Shown: positions 47,595 through 60,940 of the stretch, one piece after another
How positions within the stretch are numbered: the first letter of the stretch is position 1
How the letters are laid out: each line of letters opens with the position of its first letter
From: Phoronis australis
Lineage: Eukaryota; Animalia; Phoronida
Length of the DNA stretch: 64,000 nucleotides
NCBI GenBank assembly: GCA_002633005.1
Contig: NMRA01000030.1
Location: 631,630-695,629 of the forward strand
Direction of reading: 5' to 3'
The notes under the pieces: model-generated
The model's database searches: none
Told to the model about the DNA's origin: nothing
Seen by the model: only the letters and a program-made list of their open reading frames with translations
Made by a program: the position numbers and the translations under genes

Positions 47595-49264
47595 TCTGTG
47601 CGTCAGTGCTTTGGTGTGCCTGAAGAACTAAGCACAATGCAATATGTGTGCCTCGTTTTGTGCAGCTCTGTGTAATGATGTTATACTGCAGCAGTGTCAA
47701 GAAACTGGTGAACTAGCAGAAGCCAGAAAAAAAGTGATGCAACCTGTGAGGCGTGAATGAGTGTGTGTCTGTTAAACTAAGCTTGGTGCCTAAAATGAGT
47801 TATGTGCATTAATGGATTTTCAGCACTGCTGTTATTGCCTCTTGGTAGTGTTGAGAGTTCAGTAGTGACCTACTCATTTCTTACATTCCTTACGGAACCC
47901 TTTCAGATAGAACTAGTCATGATCATTATTATTATTTATTGTTGAACTTGTGTAAATGTGTGTGTGTGTGTACTGAGGGTGATCTCTTTGGGAACAACTC
48001 TTCCTTGCTAGACTTTTGGTAGGGAATACATCTTTTAACACCAAAAATGTTTAATGTCATTGGCAGTGACCTTTAGTGGTCACTTTCATATTTTCACCAT
48101 CAAGAGAGCAAAGAGTGTGGGAAGGTTGAACAGTCAAGATGTTTAATATTTAGACTAGCATTGCTTCATGCAGCATTGTTTTGGCAACAGCTTGTGGAGT
48201 GTTTATGACAGAAGGCACGTATACAGGCTGTTGGTTGCACTCTATGTACAGAGACATCACATGAGAAAATTAGTGATGGCCATTATCACAACACAGCTGG
48301 TAATTGGCATTTCTAGTACTTGAGATACAAGCACATCTCTGGCCACACTTATTTTGATTTGGTGCCCTGTAATTGGCCTGGTTATAAATGTATGTAAACA
48401 ATGGAACAGCAAGCAGGGTGGCCCTTAGCAAGGTGGCCTGCGCCATCTCCACAGCTGTATGATTTGACATTTATCACCTCAGGGCCATCCCTGAAATTTC
48501 TCTCGTTTGCCCCCTTCCCCCTTAACTTGTAAGCAGAATGTTGAAGTCTAGAGCCAGGAAGGATGGTGACATTAGTACTCTGGAATTTGGATTCTGCATC
48601 ACATAGTCACTTTCAGCTGCTGGTCATCTTGTCACATTACAATACTCTTGCAACTTTGGTCAAAGTTTCCTTCAGCTTTTGTTGTCTTTGCTATCTAGGA
48701 ACTTTATCTCTTCTGCAAGGTCGTGTGTTTCAGTCTATGCAGATCACCGTAGGCTCTCATTCCGGTATATTTCTGTGAAACTTGGTTAAAGAATTGCAGT
48801 AGAGAAAACAGGTATTGAACATATCATAGTAATTTTCGTCTTTCCTGGTTAAATGTGGTTAGCCCACAAGGTTGTTAGTGTAGACCCAGTGGAACTGTCT
48901 GTGTGTGCAGTACTATTTTGTTATTGAAAGGGTCCTATATCTCAATAGCTTTATCACATTACTCTTAAGACATCTCCTATGCTCTTATTTGATTTGCCTG
49001 CTGATCAATTCAGCCTTTGATGTTATTGTTGAGTCAACAGGAACATAGAAGCTTTCCTTGAACAATAGTCTAAGGGGGAAAGTTTACTAACCATTACTGT
49101 CATGTGGAATAATATTTTGCCTTACTCTTAGCGCTTTGCACTTGGTAAGTGCTACACTGACTAGACGGACCCTTTGAATGTGTGATCTGTCAATGAAAGA
49201 TCTGGCCAAGTTTGGACTCTCATGTTGAACACAATGTTTGTACTCTATCTTATAATTCATTCTT

Positions 49265-49297
49265 AATAAAATGTTAAAACTTTTAATCCTGTTTATT
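49265..49297. terminator. Opposed polyadenylation signals (plus AATAAA 49265-49270; minus AATAAA 49297-49292)
   Basis: Motifs coincide with a switch from T/G-rich to A/C-rich plus-strand composition. Confidence 0.45.
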
Positions 49298-50975
49298 TCA
49301 CATACACCTGTGCACACCTTCGCCAGTGAACAACTATGAAGATCAGTTTTAGAAACTACAAATATCAACACAGTTAACTGGAACGAGAAAAAACAGGCAC
49401 TTTAAAAACAAAAGCCCACTGGTCTAAGATTTTAGATAACAGTATGGCATAAAAATGCAATTCTATTTTGTGACATTTTTCAACACACGTAACTGATAGC
49501 ACTTTAAAGCATCACTGGCTAACGACACTTGATTCAAACTGACTTGCAACAATGTGGACAGGAGATACATGATATTCCATTCCAATGTTTAGAGACTGAA
49601 TTAAAAATGTAAAACTTTCACATCAGTTGGCAAAACAACTAATAGTAACCTACAGTTTTGTAAAGCATCTCATTTCTCATTTTTGGAAACGCGATGTCTC
49701 TGGACATAATCCAACCTCATACATTTGAAAGGCCCAGAGTAAGAGAACAAGTCTACACAATGTCAATTTATGAACAGTATGATTTAAGTTAAGCTACTGA
49801 GTAGTGGTGTATGAATAGCAGAATATCCAGCTTCACTATCAAATGAGGTCTTAAGTCAACACTTACGCAGTTAACATTACAGTCTGACTTACAGTTACCT
49901 GATTTGGGGCTCAGGTAAAAAGTGGCCAACAAAAAATCTGGACCACAGTTGGCTTGCTTACGACTGAACCAAATGACCATTTAATGGGAATAAAAACAGT
50001 CTTGTCATGTAAGGAAATATCGCAGGTGTAACCTGAATTTTCAATGTTAGTGTTTTTCAAGTCCTGTGTATTACCAATCACCAAAGTGCTTGAGTAAAAT
50101 GTTCACGTGGCAAAACCAACCATCATCTAGAACAGCTCTCAAACATGAAACAGAATGCAAAATTTCAGATATTGGTAAATACAGCCGGTCGATGTCTCAA
50201 CTCTAAGACTGCAATAACCACCATATAGATTACTATTGCAAAGTGAATTAGATACAAGGTAACAGTGGAAACACGCTTTTGTCTATAAACTATATTTAAC
50301 AACAGCAAACTCAACAGTATTGATTTGTGCACAAAAGGCATACTAGTTCTACTAAGATTTCCAATAATAAAATCTTTAACTCTGCTTTGACACATGCGTG
50401 CAGCAAAAAGCCCGTGCTACTCAATTGGCAATGAAAACAAGATCCACAATAGGGTAAGTGTGCCAGCGAAAGTGAGGGAAAGAATTGATTCAGGAAAAAG
50501 CATTTGCCCAGTACAATGTTGGTGATCATAACAGTTTTACAAGCTGCTTTTGACAATGTGCGTCATAGTGTTTTGAAGCCGCAATTACATTAAATAGGTC
50601 ACCAAGCGCTAGGAATGCTAATAAATCTATAGACATTGATATGAAATCTAAATAAGTCAACAAGGATAAGTAGTTTAGAACATGAGGGTCAAGTGGGAAT
50701 ATTGGAAATAGACAGAAGGGCCGAGGAGTCATTTGTGGCCGCCGTTGCATGAACATGTGGAAACGAACTTGTGTCTAGAAAAAACATGCACAAATGGCCA
50801 AGTGCACAAAAATGCAGATGACATGCCGTATTAAGTTGATTGCTTGAAGAATTTTGCTTCAAAATTGTGGTTAGGCCCCTTGTGACTTCCTAGATCCACC
50901 AGAGTAATATCAACTACTTGGTGAAGAAAGGGTCATCTTTACATTATTGGACTTGGATGAGAAGGGAAAGCTATG

Positions 50976-51422
50976 GAGTGTTCACTTTCATGGGGACATT
51001 CACACAATACACTCTTGAGTGTTCACTTTCATGGGGACGTTAACACAATACACTTTTGAGTGTTCACTTTCATGGGGACGTTCACATAATACACTCTTGA
51101 GTGTTCACTTTCATGGGGATGTTCACACAATACACTCTGGAGTGTTCACTTTCGTGGGGACGTTCACACAATATACTCTGGAATGTTCACTTTCATGGAG
51201 ACGTTCACACAATACACTCTGGATTGTTCACTTTCATGGAGACGTCCACAAAATACACTCTGGAGTGTTCACTTTCATGGGGACGTTAACACAATACACT
51301 TTTGAGTGTTCACTTTCATGGGGACGTTCACACAATATACTCTGGAGTGTTCACTTTCATGGAGACGTCCACAAAATACACTCTGGAGCGTTCCCATTCA
51401 TGGGTATGTTCACACAATACAT
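50976..51422. repeat. 41-bp minisatellite x about 11
   Basis: GAGTGTTCACTTTCATGGGGACGTTCACACAATACACTCT; starts 50976, 51017, 51058, 51099, 51140. Confidence 0.95.
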
Positions 51423-52954
51423 ACCTAAAAGCTTGATTATGATCAAGGTGGACAGTTGTTTCACACATGTCACTTTCTATTTTTGACAACAGAATCTGAC
51501 CAACTGAAATTTCATTTTACTGGATTTCTGTTTGGGTTTGATACACCACACCCCAACACAATAAAAACATTAAAGTTTTCCACAGACTAAATTGCTGTAA
51601 AGCTATATGGGTGAGAGTCAGGTAGGCAATGTAAAAGTCTGGCTAAAACCTGGCCTAATCCCAAAACACATGGGGTATTGTGTAACACTACACTTTCTTA
51701 AATATGGACTCTCCTCAAGTTGAACAAATCAAACGGCTAATGTTACCACCATTTACATACTCACAGCTCACCTGAATGATCTGTTGGGGAGGAAAAGTGC
51801 ACAACAACAATTTAAGCTACAGAATCAGTTTTGTTAAAAGCTTTACTTCATCTACAGCAGACATTTCACATGCATGAAAAATTAATGGGAGATAAAAACA
51901 TCGGCAAGGGGGGAAATGTGATGTTTTAAGCTTGCCAAATGACCTGGAATATTCTTCAACTTGTCTAGGGAGATGTCATACCTGTCAGCTTAAAGTACTA
52001 GTTTATGAAGTGTACCATAAACCCTTGCCAATTTCCAACAATATTTTATTTCCAAAATTGCTCCATTTTTATCTTTCAAGGGATTTCAATATTATTGTCA
52101 ACGACCACTTTTTTTCAAAAATACTGTCTGTCAGAAGAACTTGAATATGATACAATACAGCATTAATTTGGTGTTGGGGTTAAAATCTCACACAATATGG
52201 TCCACAACTGAAAGTTCTCTCGTTTTTTCAATAAGTCAAAACGCAACAAATTAATGCTTTCCTGCACTCAAGTTCTGTACAATATCTACTGACACATAAC
52301 TTCTGGGCACTCATAAAAATGTAAATAGACCTTGAAAAATGACAAAATGTCAATTTTTTCAATTATGGTATTTGTGTCTCAGAATGGTGGGATTTTACCA
52401 TAAATATCGTTAAGAAAAAATGATGAGCAAAACAAATTTCGCTTATCCTAAATTGGGACACAGCAAATCTTGAATTGACATTGGTCCACTGTCATATGTA
52501 ATGCAAGGTAGTTAGAGAACAGCAAGTCTTGTGTCGACACTGGTCCACTGTTATGTTAACAGTCACTTTCATTCTGATCACCCACCTTCAACCACAATCT
52601 GCAATAAACAATTTCAACTGCAATTCGCCATGTTCTTTAAGATGTCTAAAAAACAAAAATTGAAGTTGACCTTACTCTCACGAAATCAGTCTCTTAATAT
52701 TCCTTACTGTGATAGGATTCCATTTCAGTTACAAATTGTATTCATAGGCAATGCAGGCAAACACCATTATCAAAATGCTTAAGGTTTGCCAAGCACTGTA
52801 AATACTGAATTGTTTTCTGGATTCTCTTGTTGCTAAGGGAAATAGAATCTTGTCACTATAGGGAATATTATGAGACTGATTTCATGAAAGTAACAGGTTT
52901 AATTTGATTTGTTTTAGCCAGCTATAGTTACAGAAAAGAATATAGGGAAGTCTG

Positions 52955-53262
52955 CAGTGGCGGATGTAGGATGCCATAAGGGGGGGCCTGACATGTTGCC
53001 TCGAGGAATTGGGCGAAGCGCGAATGTATGTGCACAGGCGGCCCGAAAGTTGCGTGACAGAGAATGTGAACCTTTTGTTCCGGAAAATCTATCGGTGGAC
53101 TAAAAAAAAAATGGGAATGTGGTTCCGCCCACCCTTCTCCATCTGCCGGTCCTAGTTACTTTGAACCCCAATGTTTTGCAACACTTCACGCTGTTGCTGT
53201 TTCATTTTGCTTGCGGCAGCCAAAGGGGGGGCCCGGGCCCCCACCCCCTAAATCCACCTATG
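52955..53262. mobile_element. GC-rich MITE with CAGTGGCGGA-type ends and 5-bp flanking repeat
   Basis: Ends CAGTGGCGGATGTAGG / CCTAAATCCACCTATG; GTCTG on both flanks (52950-52954, 53263-53267). Confidence 0.65.
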
Positions 53263-54911
53263 GTCTGTTAGGGTGGTTACAGTCAAACTGCTTTGACAAC
53301 GAAACTGCAGGCACTTTTCTAAAACTTCGGTCTGCAATGTAGTTTGGTTGTATTTACAGATATTTATATATACAGAAGTGCTGGCACTACAATGCTAAGT
53401 TGTAGGAATACTCAGTGAACTAGTGTTGCTATCCAACAATACCTGCACTATAATGGTGTGTTGTAGGAATACTCAGTGAACTAGTGTTGCTATCCAGCAA
53501 TATACCTACAGCTACTTTGAACAGTTATCAGACTCCAGACTTGAAAGGAATATTACATGAAACAGATATTTGTTTCTAGGAATACTCATGCAATCTTAAT
53601 ATCAATTTCGTGCACACATGAATATAAAAATCCTTGCTTTCAGTCACATGAAGTTGGTAACCACTATCACTCATAAAGACTGCAGTTAATAAATGTATGA
53701 AGTATGTATGTTACACAGGTATTAACATCACCTGTGATATGATCCATTACCCCATCGATGTAATTAGCACTTCCAGAACACTGGCTTCCAGGAATCCTTG
53801 TAAACAAATGTGTTAGGATCAATTTCAAAAAAAAATGTTAGCTTAGGGTACTGTAATAAAATCTTGTTCTCAATAGGTAACTGGAGTGTCAGAAGACTTC
53901 AATTTTCAATGTGAATTAAAAACTCCACTGTTGTTAGAAATATGCTGCTATGTATGTAGTAAGAAAACACATCTGCTGTGTATGATTTTGATAACATATT
54001 ACAGCATTTTTCCTTTTATACTGTGGTAGTGAATCACCAGTCGGAATGTTATGTTTTCCCACACGCGTCTATTCACAACAAACACAGCTGTCCAGGATAG
54101 TAAAAAATGAGAATACAAAGTGACGTCATGTTTTTATGTTTTGGAATGAAATATTGTGAAACATGCTTTTTCAGAACTGAATGGCCCATGAATAAGTATT
54201 GTTAGAAGGTGAAAACATGATAGCCGGAGATGAAGTGAAAGTTAAAGAGATTCAGTAATGTCAACTGCAGGCATAACAAATGTGTTGTGAAATATGATAC
54301 TTTACAAAAACACATTAAAATACTTGAAAAAAGACTATACACAGGAGAGAAAGGAAAACAGATATTTGTTGTATAACTAATAAGAAAGTAATCCAAATAT
54401 TTGTGGAAAGTAATGAAAAAGCAACCACTTCATGGTTACAAAACAAAAATTTCTATTTGACGGAAGATAAAAGTGATCCTTCAAAATGGTGAGAGAAAAC
54501 AGAAAAGTTATTCCTTTGATTTGGAAAAGGCAGTTTGACAATGAACCAACTAGAAATATCCAAAGCTTCATTCTTTTGAACTTTGTCATAATTTGACCTC
54601 AGTGTCTGTTTTCTATGTTAAAACTATGACAACATATGGCTGACTTAGGCAGGATCAACAACTGTCATTGCAAGCAAATCCAATGTTAAATGTTAAACAA
54701 TTCCCACACAGTGAACAGTAAGCTGGGAAAATACTTGACATACCATGACATACCTTGTCCACTCACTGGCAGAATTAATGACCAGGCCAATATTGTGAAA
54801 ATTTATCAAATGTTATGAATGACTTACATGTATACAAAGGAGCATGACCACAACATGAGAGGTCACTTTTGAGAATGATTTACTGCATGGCAGGGTCATT
54901 ACACCATGAAT

Positions 54912-55398
54912 GGGGGGCCTTACAAGTGATTTAGACTGGTCTAAATCTGGTATAGTACTAAAGTTTAGTACGCTCGAAAAGATCAGACTACCGAGGGTAC
55001 AAAAATTGGTCCTATTACGAAAGGTTTGCTCTGGATTATTTTGCTCGACCGTTTTAACTTATCCGTCTCCCCATTTCATGAAAGTTCTTCCTTTATTTCC
55101 CACCCTCTCGATGTTGCTGTTTAGTATTACTGTCTACTCACTGTTCATTGTACAATATTAAAGCTAAACATGCCGCAAACTAAGAATAGAAGTGGCAATT
55201 GGATGTTGGATCCCTATTGCAGTACAGCGTAGCGACATCTTGTGTTTAGTAGGACTATGAAGCTTTACAGTTAGGACAGTGGAATGTTAGTCCGGTCTAG
55301 TGAGAAAGGTGACAATTTGGTACGGTAGGTTATCACATTGATCTAAAATATGTTCAGACCGCAAACTAGTCCAGACTAACTCTAATGTGAAAGCACCT
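54912..55398. mobile_element. Possible decayed Harbinger-like MITE
   Basis: Loose inverted ends (GATTTAGACTGGTCTA / TAGTCCAGACTAACTC) and a CpG-richer interior. Confidence 0.3.
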
Positions 55399-57806
55399 TA
55401 TCAAGTTAAACTTTTACCAAGGCCCTTCCTGGGGCTTTTGGGTCTAATAGCACAAATCTTTTTAGTAAAATAACGTTATCCAATGTGTCCATTTTTAAAT
55501 ATCTGGTAATCAAAAACTTCTGGGACAGAATTATTCTACTGGTTATCCTTACACTAATATTCATTAAATATGTAAAACTGGCTCCTTAAGCACTACAGTA
55601 CATTATTTGGATTCCTGAGCATTGGTATAGTGTAGGTCAGTTCACCACAGTACATTACCACATGTTAATGGTCAGAATTGCTATAAAAAGACAAAAAGAT
55701 GTGAAAAGTTGTGCTGCATCACATGTACCGGTAATTAAGCTTATATCACTCTTTACCCTTCAGCAACAAGTGGTTCTGGTCTGCATCCAAATTAATTTTG
55801 AAACCACCACCTCACTGCTAAAATAGAAAGAAATGTCTGCCTACATCATCATTTTTAACCAACTTCTTAATTTTATTTCAAAAGCCAAACAAACTGGTTT
55901 TTAAGTACCGCGTCAAGTAAGACATCAACCCGGCTTCATAAAATCAAACACCCGCACCACTTTTGCTGATATCAGGAACATTTTTTTGAAAATTAACAAC
56001 AAAATCATGACACTAGAGACCAAAGTCAACTAGGTTTGATAAAGTATCATCTCACCCTGAACAAGGGACACAAAATGTTGTAAAACATTGTCGTTGCCTG
56101 CTGACATATACAACAAGTGAAGAACAGGGTGGATCTGGCACCAAGTCAATTCAATTATCTTGTGTGCCACCAATTTTCATTCACGTTAAATTCCAAGAAG
56201 TGTGCTCCCCAAGATGTACAATAAGTTTCTATTTATTTTATACTTTGATGCCACCCGCTTTCAATTTGAATAGCAAAAATTGCGACCAACCAAAGAAAAT
56301 TCCAAGTGCAGTTTCAAGCTGTGAAGACAGGTATTTTGCACTCAATAACCTCTTCCTTCCAAACAAATTGATTGTGCATCCAACATGTTACATCATTCTT
56401 TTCTAAACTAACAATTTGTTATTTACATTATCTTTTACACAGTAACTTAGGTTAGTTAAACAACAACAAAGACAGCTCAACATGATGTTATATAATACAT
56501 CTAGGATAGGTTAGGAAGCTAGTCAAAAAAGCTATAGCTCATGTCACTCTAAATATCAGAATTTAACACTTACAAAATTTTCAAAACAAAGATGAGACTT
56601 TGTGCAGTTATTGAAACACAAATTTGTTCAGATAGAACACCAATTTATTCTGGCCCCATTATCTGCACTAGTGAGGCCAACTTCAAAAGGAGCAGAGACA
56701 ACATTACTTTTACCCTCCTACACCAGGGGTTTTTGTAATAACCATGTCACATACTGTCTGGGTTCATTCGCCTGTATGCAAAGGAGTTACTGACATTTTT
56801 AGTGCCCAAATATGAAAACAGATTAAAATGTTACATAATAGTAGTTTATGTGCTTACAATAGGGCATAAACAACCAATTCAAAATAGTAATAATTATACG
56901 TTTGCTTTAAAAAAGCATTATCATAACAGATTGTTTTTTGTTAGGACTGAGTCATCAGGTAGACTAAGCTGGAAGAGGTAAAAATATCTTGAATGAAGCT
57001 AGTGTTGTCTCATGCTTAGCTTGTGCTGAATTGTGATATCTTGCAAGCTCCTATGTGACTTTGCATTTTCATGAGATTTTTGCACCTGTTGAATACAACC
57101 CATATTTACCTTTTGATTTTCTCAGTAGCCAATTAACACTCATTTCACAAGTTAGTCAGTTAGCTGCAGTTTCTCTCGTCTCCCCCACACACCTGAAACC
57201 TCTGCCATCCCAATTGCCCATGATGTCTTAGCACCTGTCTATCTATTTCCCAGGGATGTCAAAACAGGCAAAATGTCAGCCTAATGATCAAAGAGAATCA
57301 AGCGTGCTGTGTTGGGTGGAAATGGAACATGATTCTCACTAACAAGTGATCAGACTGAGGCAAGTGACAACACCACAGGTGATCCCACTAGTGTTGGTGT
57401 CTGCCTAATACAGCCTTGAGTATTATGTCTTCCTTAAGGGAAACTTTCTTCAACTGCAAAAATAAGTGACAAAATTGTAATGCTTCAAAAGCAATGCACA
57501 ACTGCTAACGGTACCAATGTTACAATATGTTGATTGATAGATTGGTTAATTGATTGATTGGGTATATTTAGCCAACACAAATCTACATACAGTTAAGGAT
57601 AGATGTTGAAACTATAATCAAAACAATTGGAATGTAAAACAAGAGAGAATAATAAAAATTCATGTTGACACAGAAACTTATTAATTTCATAATCGTCAAA
57701 GAAGCACACTTGAAGAAATGGTAGTTTTTAATAATACTTGTTTGTAATAACAGTTGTTTCAAATACATCTTTGCATCTTTAGTACAATGACTATCAACAA
57801 ACCATT

Positions 57807-57902
57807 CGCCAAATACAGGGGTATTATCAAATACAGGGGTTTTACCAAATACAGAGGTATCGCCAAATACAAGGGTATCGCCAAATACAGGGGTATTGCC
57901 AC
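57807..57902. repeat. 18-bp tandem repeat CGCCAAATACAGGGGTAT x5
   Basis: Directly visible. Confidence 0.9.
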
Positions 57903-59755
57903 AAGTAAAAACAATCTAATTTAGGGATTTCACTAGAATGTAGTTAATTTTGCTAAAAGACAAATACAAAAGCAGACAAACACAAAGGAACACTTATTAA
58001 ATCTTCTATAACCTTCAATATATCAATTTTGGAGCTGAATATCCCCTACACTCCCATCAGAAAAAATACTTTAAAATCATGTGAAATTCTTCATTAACCT
58101 CAAAAAATTCCCTGATGTTTAGAATCACTGATTTTCGAATTGGTGGAGACAAGTAATTGTGTAAACTGTAATTATTATTCAAAGGGTGACTACTTTTTCA
58201 GACCAAGCTTCACACAGCTGGACACTGGAGACTATAGCGATATTTACAGAGGGAAGATTTCTTGATGTTTAATTTTGTTGAGAAATTTGACAAAATATCA
58301 ATAATTTTATTATTGAGTGCTAAATAAACGAAGAATGTGAAAAGTATTTATGATAGCCAGGATATCCTTGTAAGGACACCATCAGAGAGAGGAGCACCTA
58401 GAATGTGTGACGTGAAAACATATCAGTGAATGGTGCTCAGAAATCTGGCAACAAAAGTAAGAGCACCTGGTGTAAAAAATAACACAGGGCAAACAATAGT
58501 ACATACACAGGGCAAACAATAGTAGAGGGAGGAAATCAAGCAATGACTGTGTAGGTAGTACAGGCAACTGAATGAATCAAAGGCCAGCCAACCTGTAGAG
58601 AAACCTTGAAATAAAACACTGTAATAACATTGACATGATGTGAGTTATGTGAAAGGTGCTAAAATAGATTATTTGTATCTTTTCATCTCATAGATGATTA
58701 TGGTTATGATAACAAATTATTTTCATTAAATCAACACATTTTGTAGTGAGAAACGCCAAAAAGCTATAATAGTAATACAGCCCTTTTTATATTATGCCAC
58801 CCATTCAGCACAAGAATTTTAGTTCTCATGTGACAGTATTGGGGCTTAGAATGTCACTGGTGCACTGTTAGTGCTGGGAAAAATTGAAAGCACGAAATAC
58901 GGAACATATATAATTTGATGAAACATTGAATAACCCACATTTGATGAACAACTGGCTGAGTAAACTATGGTATACTTCGGAAAGCCATCATCTATAATTA
59001 AACACATTAACAACATGTTCATAATTTAACACATAGACAACACATCCAAAGCAAACCTCCTTTCAAAAACAATTATTCCACTCACTTTTTATGGTTCTTG
59101 ACATTTTAAAACAATTTTCAAAGTGTATGCACAACCTTAAACATTCTTCCATGACAGCCTGTTGTTTTGAAATTTAAAAATTCTATAATTTTAAAGAAAA
59201 ATATCCCAAAATTTAAATTCCTCATTAACACAGTAGCAGCCGATATTATTACATTTTAGGTCTACTTTATTTAGGGCTCTACACTACTCTAAAATAACAT
59301 TATAGACAGAGTAGCAAACTTCTTTATTTTAGTGATAGCTATGACATCCTAAATTGGTGCGATTTCACTAGACTTACTATATTGAAGGCATTTTGAACTT
59401 GACGCTTCTGTAAGAATATACGCCACCACTTACAAGCCACTGATAAACTTAAAATGCTTAAATGGTTATTTTAATTACCAAAACTTGAGAGAGAACACAG
59501 ACATTGTGCTATATTTGTTGTACCCTTGTCACATTCAACAAATGCAAAAAAGCCCAAAAGAGTCTCACTAAGGGACTTTTTTGGGTGCTTGATGTCTCTT
59601 TGAGAAAGCACCGGTACATTAGTAAAGCTGACATTTCACCAGTGAAAACAAATAGTAGCGCTATAAATAGCCAATGAAATATTAGAAATTATAAAAAACT
59701 AGTATAAATAAAGTACTTAGCATGCCGCAGTCAGTCTAATCGGAAACAGAAATAG

Positions 59756-59787
59756 CATACACCATAGACTATAGTCTATGCATACAC
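59756..59787. mobile_element. 18-bp palindrome with 7-bp flanking direct repeat (transposon-end footprint)
   Basis: CATACAC-CATAGACTATAGTCTATG-CATACAC. Confidence 0.6.
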
Positions 59788-60279
59788 TACTCCTGAGGCT
59801 AACACCCGCGGTTCATATTTAAACTTGTGTAAAAATAAGACAAGTTCTTGTCTTTTTATCAAACATCAAAGACATAGAGAACATGTTTTCACCTGACCTT
59901 TGTTTTACTGGCAAACATTCTGGTATTTCACAAGCCATTTGAAGTGTTTTGAGAATTTAGTTCGACATGAGTACAACTGTACCTAACTTGTTTGAGGAAA
60001 TACATTACCCTCGGCACACTAGACACAATAAAAGCGGACTGGTTGGGGGCTGGCTCTCAGTGAATATTGTTTTGAAAGGGCTAATTAAGCTGTTTAAATA
60101 ATAACCATAAGAAGTGTTTTGAATAAAGCTTCTAAAAAATTTTGTTCTACAAAAAACAGAATCTTTGATTTTGACAGTTTACCTTAATAAAACTGGTTTC
60201 AACTTGTTCCCTTTATTGATTAGAACTGACATTTAGTCTGCTGTAAAAACCATCATATTGTACATCAACAAATGTTCTG

Positions 60280-60520
60280 GGGCCCGTTCCAAGAAACTGA
60301 CTTAAATTCATTATTGACTGAGACTAAGATTTGACTCAACTTTGAAACTTCCACATCCGGTAAGAGTCAAAAATAAGACTGCCACAAAAGTTTAGTTAAA
60401 AACTTACATCCAACTTAACGTTTTTCTCGAAACGGACAAGAGGCAAATGTAAGCTTTATCTTAAAATTGACTGAAATTTGAGACTTGTCTTGACGAAGTC
60501 AGTTTTGTTGGAACAGGCCC
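60280..60520. mobile_element. PIF/Harbinger-like MITE
   Basis: Ends GGGCCCGTTCCAAGAAACTGACTT / AAGTCAGTTTTGTTGGAACAGGCCC; flanks CTG/TTG (imperfect 3-bp TSD). Confidence 0.6.
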
Positions 60521-60548
60521 TTGTCCTTCCCAAGACTAGACATCACTG

Positions 60549-60940
60549 AACTAAACAAGATATAACTGGTCCGTATAGCTAAACAAGACATAGCTGGTTC
60601 GTAAAGCTAAACAAGACATAGCTGTTCCATATACCTAAACAAGACATAGCTGGTCCGTATAGCTAAACAAGACATAGCTGGTCCGTATAGCTAAACAAGA
60701 CATAGCTGGTCCGTATAGCTAAACAAAACATAGCTGGTACATATAGCTAAACAAGACTTATAGCTGGTCCATATAGCTAAACAAGACGTAGCTGGTCCGT
60801 AAAGCTAAACAAGACATAGCTGGTTCATATAGCTTAACAAGACATAGCTGGTCTGTATAGCTAAACAAGACATAGCTGGTCTGTATAGCTAAACAAGATA
60901 TAGCTGGTTTGAATATCTAAAGAAGATATAACTGGTTTGT
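60549..60940. repeat. 28-bp minisatellite AGCTAAACAAGACATAGCTGGTCCGTAT x about 14
   Basis: Period 28 (CTAAAC at 60551, 60579, and onward). Confidence 0.95.

Noticed and set aside
54121-54128. Second TGACGTCA CRE palindrome
   Set aside because: Isolated 8-mer with no promoter context; compatible with chance in 64 kb.
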